A stretch of DNA of 64,000 nt from Octopus vulgaris (lineage: Eukaryota), in the NCBI GenBank assembly GCA_951406725.2, contig OX597820.1, positions 61,752,001 through 61,816,000 of the forward strand. The letters are read 5' to 3'. Below the pieces are notes generated by a model. That model made no database searches, was not told where the DNA came from, and worked only from the letters and a program-made list of their open reading frames with translations. The stretch's first letter is position 1. Each line of letters begins with the position of its first letter. Of this stretch, positions 41,043-53,055 are shown piece after piece. Both the position numbers and the translations under genes were made by a program.

Positions 41043-41091
41043 AAATGTTTTTTTATAAAATTATTTTAGCATTTTCTATCTTGACATTTTT

Positions 41092-41135
<44 letters not shown>

Positions 41136-41932
41136 GTTGGCTAATTCGTAATTTTACAACCTAAAGGCAACCTTGAGTGACTAAGGATAATAATTAGCAC
41201 CAGCATTGCTGAAAATAAGAGTCGAAACAACTCAGTCGCCACTGAAGCACTATCTTAATGACTGACAAAGAAGGCATATAGAAGCTGATCATCGATGATT
41301 TTGCATTTTGATGCTCACGCGTCTTAATGCTCATCGGTGAATCACATCGCGCCTAGGCGCGGTGTGGCTGTATCTGCTGCTGTAGGGAGATCGTCTCCCT
41401 TGTCAGTCATTAAGATAGTGCCTTCCGTGGCTTTTGACTTGTTTCGACGCTTTTTTCTAGCGATGCTGATTAATGCGTTTTGTCACTTTATGGACGTGTG
41501 TGTGTGTGTGTGTACGTGCGTGTGTCTGCATGTGTGTGCGTATGTGTATATATGTATGTATAAATACTTATACGTATGCTTGTGCGTATATATCTATACT
41601 ATGAATGGAGAAAGCTGCTTATTAATTAGGTACTAAAAGTACTAAAAGAAAGCAATATTAAAAGCTTAACCATCTGGAAATATTTTTATAAATTCATGTT
41701 CTAAGAAATTGCCTATGATTTCAATTTCTGAAATTTATTGAATTTTTTAAATTTTCGCCAATTTAAATATTCATTGCATTCACTGCGGAGTAGATTTTAA
41801 TGTTTTACAATAGACACTATTAATTCGTTGCAGGCAACATTTTACGTTTTTATTCGCTCGCCTCTATTTTCATTAATGATAACTTAATGATAGCTGTATG
41901 ACTTTGATACGAGACACAGTTTCAAGAATATT

Positions 41933-42324
41933 GATGGATGGAAGCACTCCGTCGGTTACGACGATGAAGGTTCCGGTTGATCCGAATCAACGGAACAGCC
42001 TGCTCGTGAAATTAACGTGTAAGTGGCTGAGCACTCCACAGACACGTGCACTCTTAACGTAGTTCTCGGGGATATTCAGCGTGACACAGAGAGTGACAAG
42101 GCCGGCCCCTTGAAATACAGGTACAACAGAAACAGGAAGTAAGAGTGAGAGAAAGTTGTGGTGAAAGAGTACAGCAGGGATCACCACCATCCCTGCCGGA
42201 ACATCGTGGAGCTTTTTAGGTGTTTTCGCTCAATAAACACTCACAACGCCCGGTCTGGGAATCGAAACCGCGATCCTATGATCGCGAGTTCGCTGCCCTA
42301 ACCACTGGGCCATTGCGCCTCCAC
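41933..42324 (-). mobile_element. Full-length tRNA-derived SINE (family D) with 12-bp TSD, nested in the Helitron
   Basis: Head gtggaggcgcaatggcccagtggttagg...ggtttcgattccc; TSD ttcaagaatatt at 41921-41932 and 42325-42336. Confidence 0.9.
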
Positions 42325-42679
42325 TTCAAGAATATTATCAGGTAAATGAATATTTTTGATAAAATGAAAAATTTTTAATACACCGATATAACTTTTAAGT
42401 GATTTTGTTTTGAATGAATGCATGCAAAATAGCTGTATAACTTGATATGAGGCACAATTTCAAGAATATTATCAGTTTCCGGAGTTTGTTAAATGAATAT
42501 TTTTGATAAAATGAAAATTCTTTGATATACCAGTATAACTTTTTTATTAAATGAAGAAGTGATTTTGTTGGTATGGCTACTCGGCACGCTATAAGCCTTA
42601 CAATAATAACTATGTGGTCGCTGCTATTTCTAGCACGCTAAACAAGATAATTTTTAACGAACTTTCATTTATCTATAAT

Positions 42680-43760
42680 ATGCGACTGAAAAAGAAAATT
42701 TAGCAGCAAAGGCACAACAGCAGAGAGAAAGACGAGCAACTGAACCAGATGAAACCAGAGCAAAGCAACTGAAACAGATATCTGAATATACACGGAGACG
42801 TAGACATGATTCTGTTTCCACTACACATGGCTGACTGGTTAGGGTATCTCGAGAGGAGAATATTCTACTTCAAAATAATGGTGTCAGATCACAAATTGTT
42901 GATGCAACACCAATGAAATCTTTTCTTTGCGATCATGTGGAAGTAGTGGAGTTGACAACCAATCTAAGACTTCTTCAAGAAGGTCATTCTGATGAAAGAG
43001 AGTTTGCTACTTACCTTCTTGATGTAGGAAATAGTAACATTTCTGTTGAACAAAGCCTAGGTGAATTCAAAATCAAAGTACCCAATGACCTTTGCCTTGA
43101 AAGCGGTACTGTTTCAGATCTATGTGATTTTGTATATGCTGACCTAAAAAAATAACTTCACAAACCCTGTGTGGCTTGCAAATAGAACCAATAAATGAAG
43201 CATCACAGTTTGTGAATGATTTTCTATTGACTAGGATTCCTGGTGAGCCAAAAATATACAGAAGCTCAGATACAATTGATAATGAAACTCTGTACCCAAC
43301 AGGGTTTCCACCATACGTTCTCAAACTGAAGGAAAAGTGCTGCATAATGCTTCTGAGAAATTTAAATACTACTAATGGACATTGCAATGGCACACACTAC
43401 ATCATCGTTAGTTTACATGATCATCTTTTGAGGTTGAGGTTGCTTCTAGTCCTTATGCAGGATCAACTCTGCTAATCCCAAGAGTATCACAGGTATCTCA
43501 AGAAATGGAATTTCCATTCACATTTAGATTCAAACAATCTCCTGTCAAGCCAGCTTTTGCCTTGACGTGCAACAAGGCAGAGGGACAGACTTACTTTTGA
43601 ACAAATCGGAATATATCTTCCGACACAATTCTTCTCACATGGTCAGCAGTATGTTGCATTATTTAGAGTTCGGAAGAAGGCTAATGTGAAAATATTGACT
43701 GAGAGATATGGAAACAATATGATTACTGACAATTGTGTCTACAAGGAGATACTAATTTAA
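42680..43760 (+). pseudogene. Helitron RepHel remnant: N-terminal charged repeats fused to the Pif1-type helicase C-terminus
   Basis: QQQRERRATEPDETRAKQL; LTTNLRL..FATYLLDVGN; GFPPYVLKLK..IMLLRNLN..NGHCNGT; QSPVKPAFALTCNKAEGQT; IGIYLPTQFFSHGQQYVALFRV. Confidence 0.9.
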
Positions 43761-43978
43761 AGCAAAATATGCTTTTAGCAAGTTTCAGTAAATAGAATTA
43801 ACACATAAATTATATGTAAAGTAACATATTGGCATATTTCAACACATGCCGAACGAATGATATCGTTATATTAGATCATTTTATATTTGGGTATATTTGA
43901 AAAAGTAAGGAAACGTCATTCCCATGTTTGCTCACAGCAAAAAACTTTTGTGTGTGTGTGTTTGTGCGCATGTGTGGG

Positions 43979-44067
<89 letters not shown>

Positions 44068-44312
44068 AGATCTACCAACTATTAATGTAAGTTCTAACAA
44101 TTATTAATGATAACTATACATAGCAGACTGAGTTTAAAAAAGAGAGATTATGACTGAAACAACAATGAAAGCAATATATATTAAGCAAGTGAGCACTCTT
44201 ATACAAAGAATAATTAGACGTAAAATATAAAAATTATTAGAATTGGGAATCAAATTTGGAAATATTATCGAGTGATTAGCATAAAACCGCCCGGAGGGTG
44301 GTCTTTCTGCTA

Positions 44313-44362
<50 letters not shown>

Positions 44363-44433
44363 ATATATATATCGGTAGCCACTACACACATTTTATTCTC
44401 TCATTGTTTCTCTCTTTGTTTCTTTCTGTGTTC

Positions 44434-44468
44434 CTTTCTGTGGAGAGCGTAGGCGCGAAACGTTAAAG
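44434..44468 (+). ncRNA. Degenerate minimal hammerhead-like motif in a ~175-bp cassette (about 44382-44555)
   Basis: cttt CTGTGGA gagc gtag gcgc GAAA cg TT aaag; stem I pairs, but the core and stem II carry substitutions. Confidence 0.45.
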
Positions 44469-44547
44469 ACTTTTTCACTTCCCGAGCGTTATACTAATAC
44501 ATCTGTTTGTTTTCTACACCACCTGTCTTCTTATTTTGTTTTTTTTC

Positions 44548-44655
<108 letters not shown>

Positions 44656-44964
44656 TTATCAAGAAGAAGCACCTCTTTATGTATGTACACATACACACAA
44701 ACACACACAAACACGGTTGCTGCTCTCCTCGTCAACTGAATTTTCTTCATAAGGCCTTGGTGAAAGGTAGACTATCGTAGAAGTCAATGAAATCGAACTC
44801 GAAACCACATGTTACTAAACAGCTTTGTAGTTGTTAACTGCAGTTGCGCTTGTGTCTATAAATATCATATTTGCGTACGGTACTACCCATCGTCTTTCAC
44901 ATACTCTCCAGTTGTGATAAAAGTGAAAAATGATTTTTACTTAGTCAATATCTACGAACTATGT

Positions 44965-45140
44965 CTATAAAAGTTGGTTCTGTCTTGTAGACATCATCAG
45001 GCTGTGTATTGAATGAGTATCTACATGATGTATCTGTCTGATCAGCGTTATATATGTAGCCTGATGTTGTTGTTGAAGGCAGTGAGTTTGCGGCTTTAGA
45101 TAAGTTTGAGGGCTTCTAAAATAAGCTGCTCTCTCATCAG
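44965..45140 (-). mobile_element. Possible Penelope-like 3' remnant (GIY-YIG tail plus a broken hammerhead)
   Basis: Minus strand encodes REQLILEAL and then reads CUGAUGA UGUC uacaa GACA GAAC; no closing stem I. Confidence 0.3.
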
Positions 45141-45528
45141 TGAATATTTGAATAATATAATCATAATTAGCGTTAAACTGATGTAATCAAACGAGCCACA
45201 AGAGAAAATCCCTAAAACAGTTGACTGACCTTAATGTATTATTACGCTCTGATAGCCTGCAAGAGAATATCTTTAAAGACAATTGCATTACATTATGTGG
45301 CCGAAAATATTTGCATAACTTCATTTTAATTCTAATGCAGCAGAATTATGCTGTTATAGAGAGATACAAGTCTGTCCAGGAATAGTATCCGATCCTTGTA
45401 TTATTCGAACGGCGTAAGACTCTGAAGTAATTTTCATCGCTTCATTTCATATCACTGCATCCAGCATTCTTGTCTTCATGGCAGTGGTTCACTACAATGC
45501 AAATATTACTCACACATCATATTTGTAT

Positions 45529-45648
<120 letters not shown>

Positions 45649-45726
45649 GCATATATATATATATGAACACACCAGTATATGCGTCATATACATGTTTATA
45701 TACATATTTATGCATATTATATGAGA

Positions 45727-45762
<36 letters not shown>

Positions 45763-45826
45763 GAATGCATATATATGTGCATCTATCAGTCTGCTGTGTC
45801 TCTCTCACTCTCATTCTCTTTCCCAA

Positions 45827-45895
<69 letters not shown>

Positions 45896-46270
45896 TGTAT
45901 GCATATATATATATATATATATATGTTAATTTTAGATCTCTACTATGGTCTTCCACATGATAGCTAACCTATATGTGTGTATGCATGTATGTGAACATAC
46001 ATATATATATATATATGTGTATGTGTATGTGTTTGTATATATATATGTTTATATATACACACATAGACACACAACACATGCACCCATGTTTGTGTATGTT
46101 TGCGTGTATGTGTTTATAAGTATGTAATGCATATGTGTCGAAAGATACACCTTTTCCTAGCAGCACACGAAAGATAAGGTTATAACGAATTTAGTTTGTG
46201 CATTTATGAATGGAAAATATATCTCGTCTCTTGCCTCGAGTGTTCCGCGTACTCACACACACGCACGCGT

Positions 46271-46333
<63 letters not shown>

Positions 46334-47986
46334 GACAGACACACACACACGCAAAGAGAGACACACACACACGCACGCAGATGCACGTGCGCACACACGC
46401 ACATGTACGTATACATATATATATATATATATATATATTTACGTACATATATAATATATGTATAGTGTGTATATGTGTGTATGGTGGGCGTATGCATGTA
46501 CGTATGTATGCATATACATACATAGATTTACTTATACATGTATACATACATACATACTCACAAACATACATACATATATACACACACATATACGTATACA
46601 TATAAACATATACACAAATAATTATGCATGTATGCATTATGTTATATAAGTCAAGAAGCATCAAGAGAACCTTTTGTAGAGAACGATTGAAATATTTACT
46701 TGTTAATGAGCTGAATAGAATTGTTAATGTGCTGGTGACAAATGTTTTGCTATAAGAAGTAGACACTAGTCTGAGCCTGTGGTGGTGCTGCATTTCATTA
46801 GAGCTCACTGGAAGAGATACGAAATATTCAAGATAGTCACTGGGAAATTTTGTACTTCAAAATACATTGAAACTAACAAACCTTCGGCATAATTAGTTGT
46901 GCTTGGTCTAATTTTTTTCTAAGAAATTTCTGTTTTATACAAGATTCTATCGAGTGGCCAACCAAAGTATTCTGTTTCTTTTTAACAAAGTCTGACGAAT
47001 GTAAGACAACAATAGATGCAGTGTGTGTGGCCAGCATCTTACAAGAAACCAACGGTAAACATGCAGATGACCAATTGTACTATAATCGTTATAAAGGGAA
47101 TACAAATACATACATAGATATATACATATATACATACATGCATACATAGATACATACATATATTGGTATATCTATATACATATATGTCTACTTATATATG
47201 TACATGTATGTACATGTATGTGTATATATGTATATGTATATATATGTGTGTGTATATATACATACATACATACGTACATGCATATACATATACATACATT
47301 TATGTGTGTGTGTGTTTACGTAAATGTCGAACGATAAAAATGAATGCTTAACACCTCATTGGTGGGTATAATTTCTTTATTTGTGAATTAAGGCTACCAC
47401 TGGTTTCATGTTATGAAAAGCAGGGAAATATCCCAGAGCCTTAAGTCTTCAAGCTGATCACATGAAGAAAGGTGTTCGCCCCCATTTTGGAAAATACACC
47501 ATCGTTCAATTCACGGCGAGTCTCCTGAATTCTCGTGAATAAAACAATTAATCAAGAGATGTTACTCTTGGGTGACATCTTTTGAATGTTTGTCTGCCTG
47601 GGATTTGACATTTGGGCAAACTGTTGTGTGGTCAATTTATTTGCATTATTTTGCTTTTGCTCTGGATGCGGTGTTCTTATACTTGTCTGCTGAGTTACTT
47701 CATCATTGGGGCATATTTCTTCTGTGTGGAGTTTGAGTGTAAGATATTGCTTGTGTATGCAGGGAGAGAAGGTTTCATCCTTAATGCTTAGGATGTTATC
47801 TGTTATATATAAATGCATGCATTATTTATATTGAACAGAATAGAAAGTGTTCAAATATACAGTATGGCAGCTGCATCTATGCCCAGTCAAGAATTTTAAG
47901 ATCTAGTTCCTCGCCGTTGATTTGCTGATGTGAAAAACGAAACTTTCTCTTATTTTCATGTAAATGATTACATAAATTAATCATAT

Positions 47987-48084
47987 TAAGTATGTCTATC
48001 AACTGGAAATAACACTCAAAATTCTTATTTAAATCGATTTAAATAAGAGTTTTGACTGTTATTTCCAGCAGGTAGACATACTTA
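47987..48084. repeat. Imperfect 98-bp palindrome
   Basis: taagtatgtcta..ctggaaataaca..tcttatttaaatc|gatttaaataaga..tgttatttccag..tagacatactta. Confidence 0.9.
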
Positions 48085-48570
48085 GTATGTCCTTTGATTA
48101 ATTTTTGATCAATCTCTCAGCTATGTAATGCCTTTTTGGGGCCTGCAATCGCGTATGTTATTGATTCTGTTATCATTTTTAAATTGTTACACTAGATAAT
48201 AATAGCGTCAATGATATCTTCGCAAATTATGTTTCCATAAATTATTTTTCTCGCGAATTATTAATTGCTCCGTAAATGAATAATAGAAAACTGTTCATTT
48301 GTCTTCTTTTTGAATTGCAAAAAGCTGAATCTACAGTCGCTACTTGGTGTGCTTAACAGTCGTTTTCTTTTTCTACAGACTTTGTCAATTGTGAATTACC
48401 ACAGTCTGCGTGTGAATCATGCCACTGGTATCAACATATACCCTGTGAGACTCAGGTACAACATTACATGAGGGACTTTCTTTTATTATATACATCAAAT
48501 ATTGCCTTCCGAACAGATCAAAACATTGTGAAATTCTGAGTTGCAGAAAGAACAAAACATCAACTGTTTA

Positions 48571-48679
<109 letters not shown>

Positions 48680-48810
48680 GTCTGTCTGTCTATCTGTCTG
48701 TCTGTCTGTCTGTCTGTCTGATTGCCTACCTGCCTGAATCCCTTCCTGCCTATCTGTCTGTCAGTTTGTTTGTTTGTCTGTGTTATCTTTTTTTAAAACC
48801 TCCTTCAATC

Positions 48811-49029
48811 TATTTTTTTACTACCCACAAGGGGCTAAACACAGAGGGGACAAACAAGGACAGACAAAGGGACTAAGTCGATTATATCGATCCCAGTGCG
48901 TAACTGGTACTTAATTTATCGACCCCGAGAGGATGAAAGGCAAAGTCGACCTCGGCGGAATTTGAACTCAGAACGTAACGACAGACGAAATACGGCTACG
49001 CATTTCGCCCGGTGTGCTAACGTTTCTCG
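48811..49029 (-). mobile_element. Monomeric Meta-domain SINE family B with 12-bp TSD
   Basis: TSD cctccttcaatc at 48799-48810 and 49030-49041. Confidence 0.9.
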
Positions 49030-49064
49030 CCTCCTTCAATCATTATACTGCGGACATGCTGTCG

Positions 49065-49325
49065 CACAGACTTGAAGAATTTTAGTCGAACGAATTAACC
49101 CCAGTATTTATTTATTTATATATTTTCTAAAGCCTAGAGACAAAGGCACTCACTCACACACATATGATGGGCTTCTTTCAGTTTCCGTCAGCCAAATTCA
49201 CTCACAAGGCTTTGGTCGGCCCGAGGCGAAAGTAGAGGACACTTACCCAAAGTGCCACGTTGTGGAACTGAACCGGGAAACATGTGGTTGGGAAGTAAAC
49301 TTCTTACCACACAACCACGCCTGCA
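49065..49325 (-). mobile_element. SINE family A (internally deleted)
   Basis: Recognisable head (49170-49325) and partial tail. Confidence 0.7.
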
Positions 49326-49380
49326 CCTATCATGTATCTGTATGTATGTCTGTATGCCTGTATGCCTGTATGTATGTATG

Positions 49381-49457
<77 letters not shown>

Positions 49458-49468
49458 GCACAAACATA

Positions 49469-49513
<45 letters not shown>

Positions 49514-49675
49514 GAATTTACAAACTTATATATATATATATATATAACTGGTGTACTGTATATGTTAGTTTTATGCATACACATTAGCAATTCGCTAAAT
49601 CATCCATAGATTTCTATGATGGAAACGTATACAGAGACAGAGGAGTAAGTTCAAAATCTGCCGAAGTAGAGCCAG

Positions 49676-49726
49676 TCCTTACCGATGAAGCAACGGAAAT
49701 TGCTGAAACTGAATTCAGTATAAGGA
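49676..49726 (+). ncRNA. Complete three-helix type-I hammerhead motif (U4C core variant)
   Basis: tcctta CCGATGA agcaa cggaaa ttgct GAAA ctg aatt cag TA taagga; all three stems pair perfectly and the cleavage triplet is GUA. Confidence 0.75.
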
Positions 49727-49907
49727 ATTCTCGAACGGCGTTTTCGGACGATTATATGACTTCGTGTTCAGTCCCACATGACTTCGTGTTCAGTCCCACT
49801 GCGTGGCATTTTGGATAAGTGTCTTCTGCTATAGACTGGAGCCGACTAAAGCCTTGTGAATGGAATTTGGTAGATGGAAACTGAAAGAAACCCCGAGGTA
49901 TATATAT

Positions 49908-50290
49908 ATTCTTTTATTCTTCTATTTGCTTCAGTCATTTGACTGCGGTCATGCTGGAGCACTGTCTTTAGTCGAACAAATCCACCTCAGGACTTATTCT
50001 TTGTAAGTCTAGTATTTATTTATCGGTATCTTTTGCCGAACTGCTATGTTACGGGGACGTAAACACACCAGCATCGGTTGTCATGTGATGGTGGAGGACA
50101 AGCACAGACAAACAAACACACATATACGACGGGCTTCTTTCAGTCTCCATCTACTAAATCCACTCACAAGGCTTTGGTCGGCCCAAGGCTACAGTAGAAG
50201 ACACTTGACCAAGGTACCACGCGGTGGGACTGAACCAGAAACCATGTGGTTGGTAAGCAAGCAACTTATCATGCCGCCACTCCTGCGCCT
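49908..50290 (-). mobile_element. Full-length SINE family A nested in another family-A copy (+ strand halves at about 49780-49900 and 50310-50530)
   Basis: A complete minus-strand copy sits at the internal microsatellite position of a plus-strand copy. Confidence 0.75.
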
Positions 50291-50554
50291 ATACTTTACC
50301 ACACAGCCGATCATGTGTGTGTTTGTGTGCGTGTGTGTCTGTGTTTGTCCCACACGACCGCTTGATAAGCGTTGTTGGGAGGTTTACGTTCCCGTTTGGC
50401 AAAAAACTGCCTGAAAGAATAAGTATTAGGCTACAAACCCCCCCCCAAAAAATAACAAAAACAAAAACATTACTGGCATCGATTCACTCAACGAAAATTC
50501 TCCAAACCAAGGTCTCAGCATGGCCGCACTCTACTCGAGGAAGCAAATTTTATA

Positions 50555-51834
50555 CGAGGGACGTTCAATAAGTAATGCCTCTGACCCACTTGCAGTTGTT
50601 TGATCTAGCTGAAATGTGCAAACATTTATATCTCTATAGAGTAAGTGGCAAATTACAGCTCTGAATTAATTGTGGTTTCTGATTTATAGGTGTTTGAACC
50701 GAGTCAAGTGTGAAATGGAGCCTGTTGAGTGTCGAGCAGTGATCCGGTTTTTGTATTTGAAAGGACGCACACCACGGGAGACTTTTGATGAAATGAAAGT
50801 AACTTATGGTGATGATGCCCCATCATATGACCTTGTAAAACGCTGGCATCGTGAATTCAAACATGGTCGGAACTCTGTGGAAACAGCTCCCAGATCTGGT
50901 CGCCCCTTCTACCATTGATGAGGCATCTGTCCGTCAAGTTGAGGCTGCCATTTTGGAAGATCGACGCATAATTATTCGCCAAATAGCCCATGAGGTCAAG
51001 ATTAGTACCGGGTCTGTGGAAACTATCATTCATGACCATTTGCATATGCAAAACGTGTCTGCCAGATGGATTCCCAGGTTGTTCACGCCTTTCCAGAAGC
51101 AAGAACGCGTCGAGTGCTCGAGGGTGAATTTGGAGATGTGCCAAGAAGATGAGTCAAAATGTTTCAAAAGACTGATTACACAGGATGAAACCTGGGTCCA
51201 TCACTATGATCCAGAGACCAAATCCCAGTCAATGCAGTGGAAGCACCGTGACTCACCCCCTCCAAAGAAGGCAAGGGTGCAGCCCTCCGCTGGCAAGGTC
51301 ATGCTCACAGTCTTCTGGGATCAGGACGGAGTAGTGATGACAGATTTCCTGGCAAAGGGTACCACAATTGCAGGAGCCTATTATGCTTCACTTTTGAGGA
51401 AATTAAGAGAAGTTATCAAAATCAAGAGGCGGGGCAAGATCAGCAAAGGCATCCTCCTCCTGCAGGACAACGCTCCGGTCCACAACTCGCTTGTCGCCAG
51501 ATCAGAAGCACAGGCGTATGGCTATGAACTCCTCCCCATCTCCTCTACTTTCCTGACCTTGCACCCTCTGATTTTCACCTCTTCCCAATCATGAAGTTGT
51601 TTTTGAAAGGAAAGCGTTTCCCAGATGATGCAGCCTTGATTTCTGAAGTCACGTTGAGGTTGGAGGACCAAGCTGGGTTCTTCTACAAAAACGGTCTCCA
51701 GAGCCGCATCAAACGATGGGAGAAATGCGTAACTCTGGGTGGTTCCTATGTAGGAAAATAATAACTGTGCTAAGTTTCGTTGCTCTACTGCTATGGGAAG
51801 TGGATCAGGGGCATTACTTATTGAACGCCCCTCG
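50555..51834 (+). mobile_element. Full-length mariner transposon (1280 bp) with TIRs and TA TSD
   Basis: TA|cgagggacgttcaataagtaatgcctctga...tcaggggcattacttattgaacgcccctcg|TA. Confidence 0.95.
50715..51761 (+). pseudogene. Mariner DD34D transposase, frameshifted
   Basis: MEPVECRAVIRFL HTH region; WIPRL, ITQDETW, LLQDNAPVH, PDLAPSDFHLF; frameshifts near 50910 and 51545. Confidence 0.93.
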
Positions 51835-52854
51835 TATATACATATTAGTCCACTACCAATAAGATCATGATGTGACTAAAAGAAAAAAATCGACAGAAGA
51901 TCTTTAGTAAAATAACAAAAAAATATATATATCGATTTTATCGGAAACAAATTTTGTTTATATAGACATTTTAAGTGATTGTAGCTTCCTCTGTTGTTGA
52001 CTTTATTTCTAACATAAACACATACGCGCATGCGCATGCACATAGACATACATATGCGTGCGCACACACTCTCATGCACATAGAAATATGCTTGCATACT
52101 CTTACATACAAGCATTCGTGTAGCATCAGGTCATTAATGTTGTTTGATCCTTGAAGCTTTTTTATTACGCACATACATATACATAAATACTCCCACACAT
52201 ATACGGACATAGAGCATCCCCCCTCTCTCTCTGTGTCTTTGTCTCTCTCTCTCTCTCATACATACATACACACACTTATATACAAACACGCACAGCTACT
52301 TGATAGTTGAAACTAAATATTTGCGATTAAAATTCCTTGAAGTTTACGGGATTTTCTGTATGTGTGTACGAATTATTATGTGTATACAGAAGGCAAAATT
52401 TTCCCCAAAATTGCTCATTGAAGATTTAAAAAAAATTCTGGACATATTGAATAAACATATTCCGAAGTCCATTTTGTCGTATAGAAAGTGAGCAAGAAAT
52501 ATGATGATCACGGCCAGAACGCCTTTGATCACATGTTGATTTAATCATGGTTGAATCTGGTGCTAGATATCATCATCATCATCATCATCGTCGTCATCGT
52601 CAACGTCAATGTCGCCGTCATCATCATCACCTTTACCATCACCATTACCATCGTCGTCATCCCGATCGTTATCATCGTCATCATCACCGTCATCAGCGTA
52701 GTTATCCATTTCCTCCTCCTCCTCCTTCTCATCCCCCTCCTTTCCATCCTCCTCCTCCTTTCTCTCCCCTCCTTTCCCTCCTCCTCCTCCTCCTCCTCAC
52801 CACCCTATTCTTCCGTCTTTTCCTCCCCCACCCTCTTCTCCATCCCTGTGTGTG

Positions 52855-53055
52855 TATTTGTGTCTTTGTCCCCTACCACTGCTTGACAATCAGTGTTGGT
52901 ATATTTACATCCCCGTAGCTAGCGGTTCAGCAAAATAGACGGACAAAATAAGTACCAGGCTTAAAAAAAGGACTGGGATCGAGTAATTCGACTGAAAATT
53001 CTTCAAGGCGATGCCCCAGCATGGCCGCAGTCTAGTGACTTAAACAAGTAGTAAA
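52855..53055 (+). mobile_element. SINE family A, 3' half
   Basis: tttgtcccctaccactgcttgacaa...ccagcatggccgcagtc. Confidence 0.75.

Larger units (their letters stand above)
40633..41098. mobile_element. Fold-back element with ~225-bp arms, each carrying a hammerhead-like motif
   Basis: 40633-40857 is the diverged reverse complement of 40872-41098; 14-bp loop; ends in TA repeats. Confidence 0.85.
41593..44313 (+). mobile_element. Internally deleted Helitron (both termini plausible)
   Basis: 5' A|TCTATACTA; 3' hairpin accgccc-gga-gggtggt (44286-44302) then CTAG (44310-44313); contains a RepHel remnant and a nested SINE. Confidence 0.6.
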
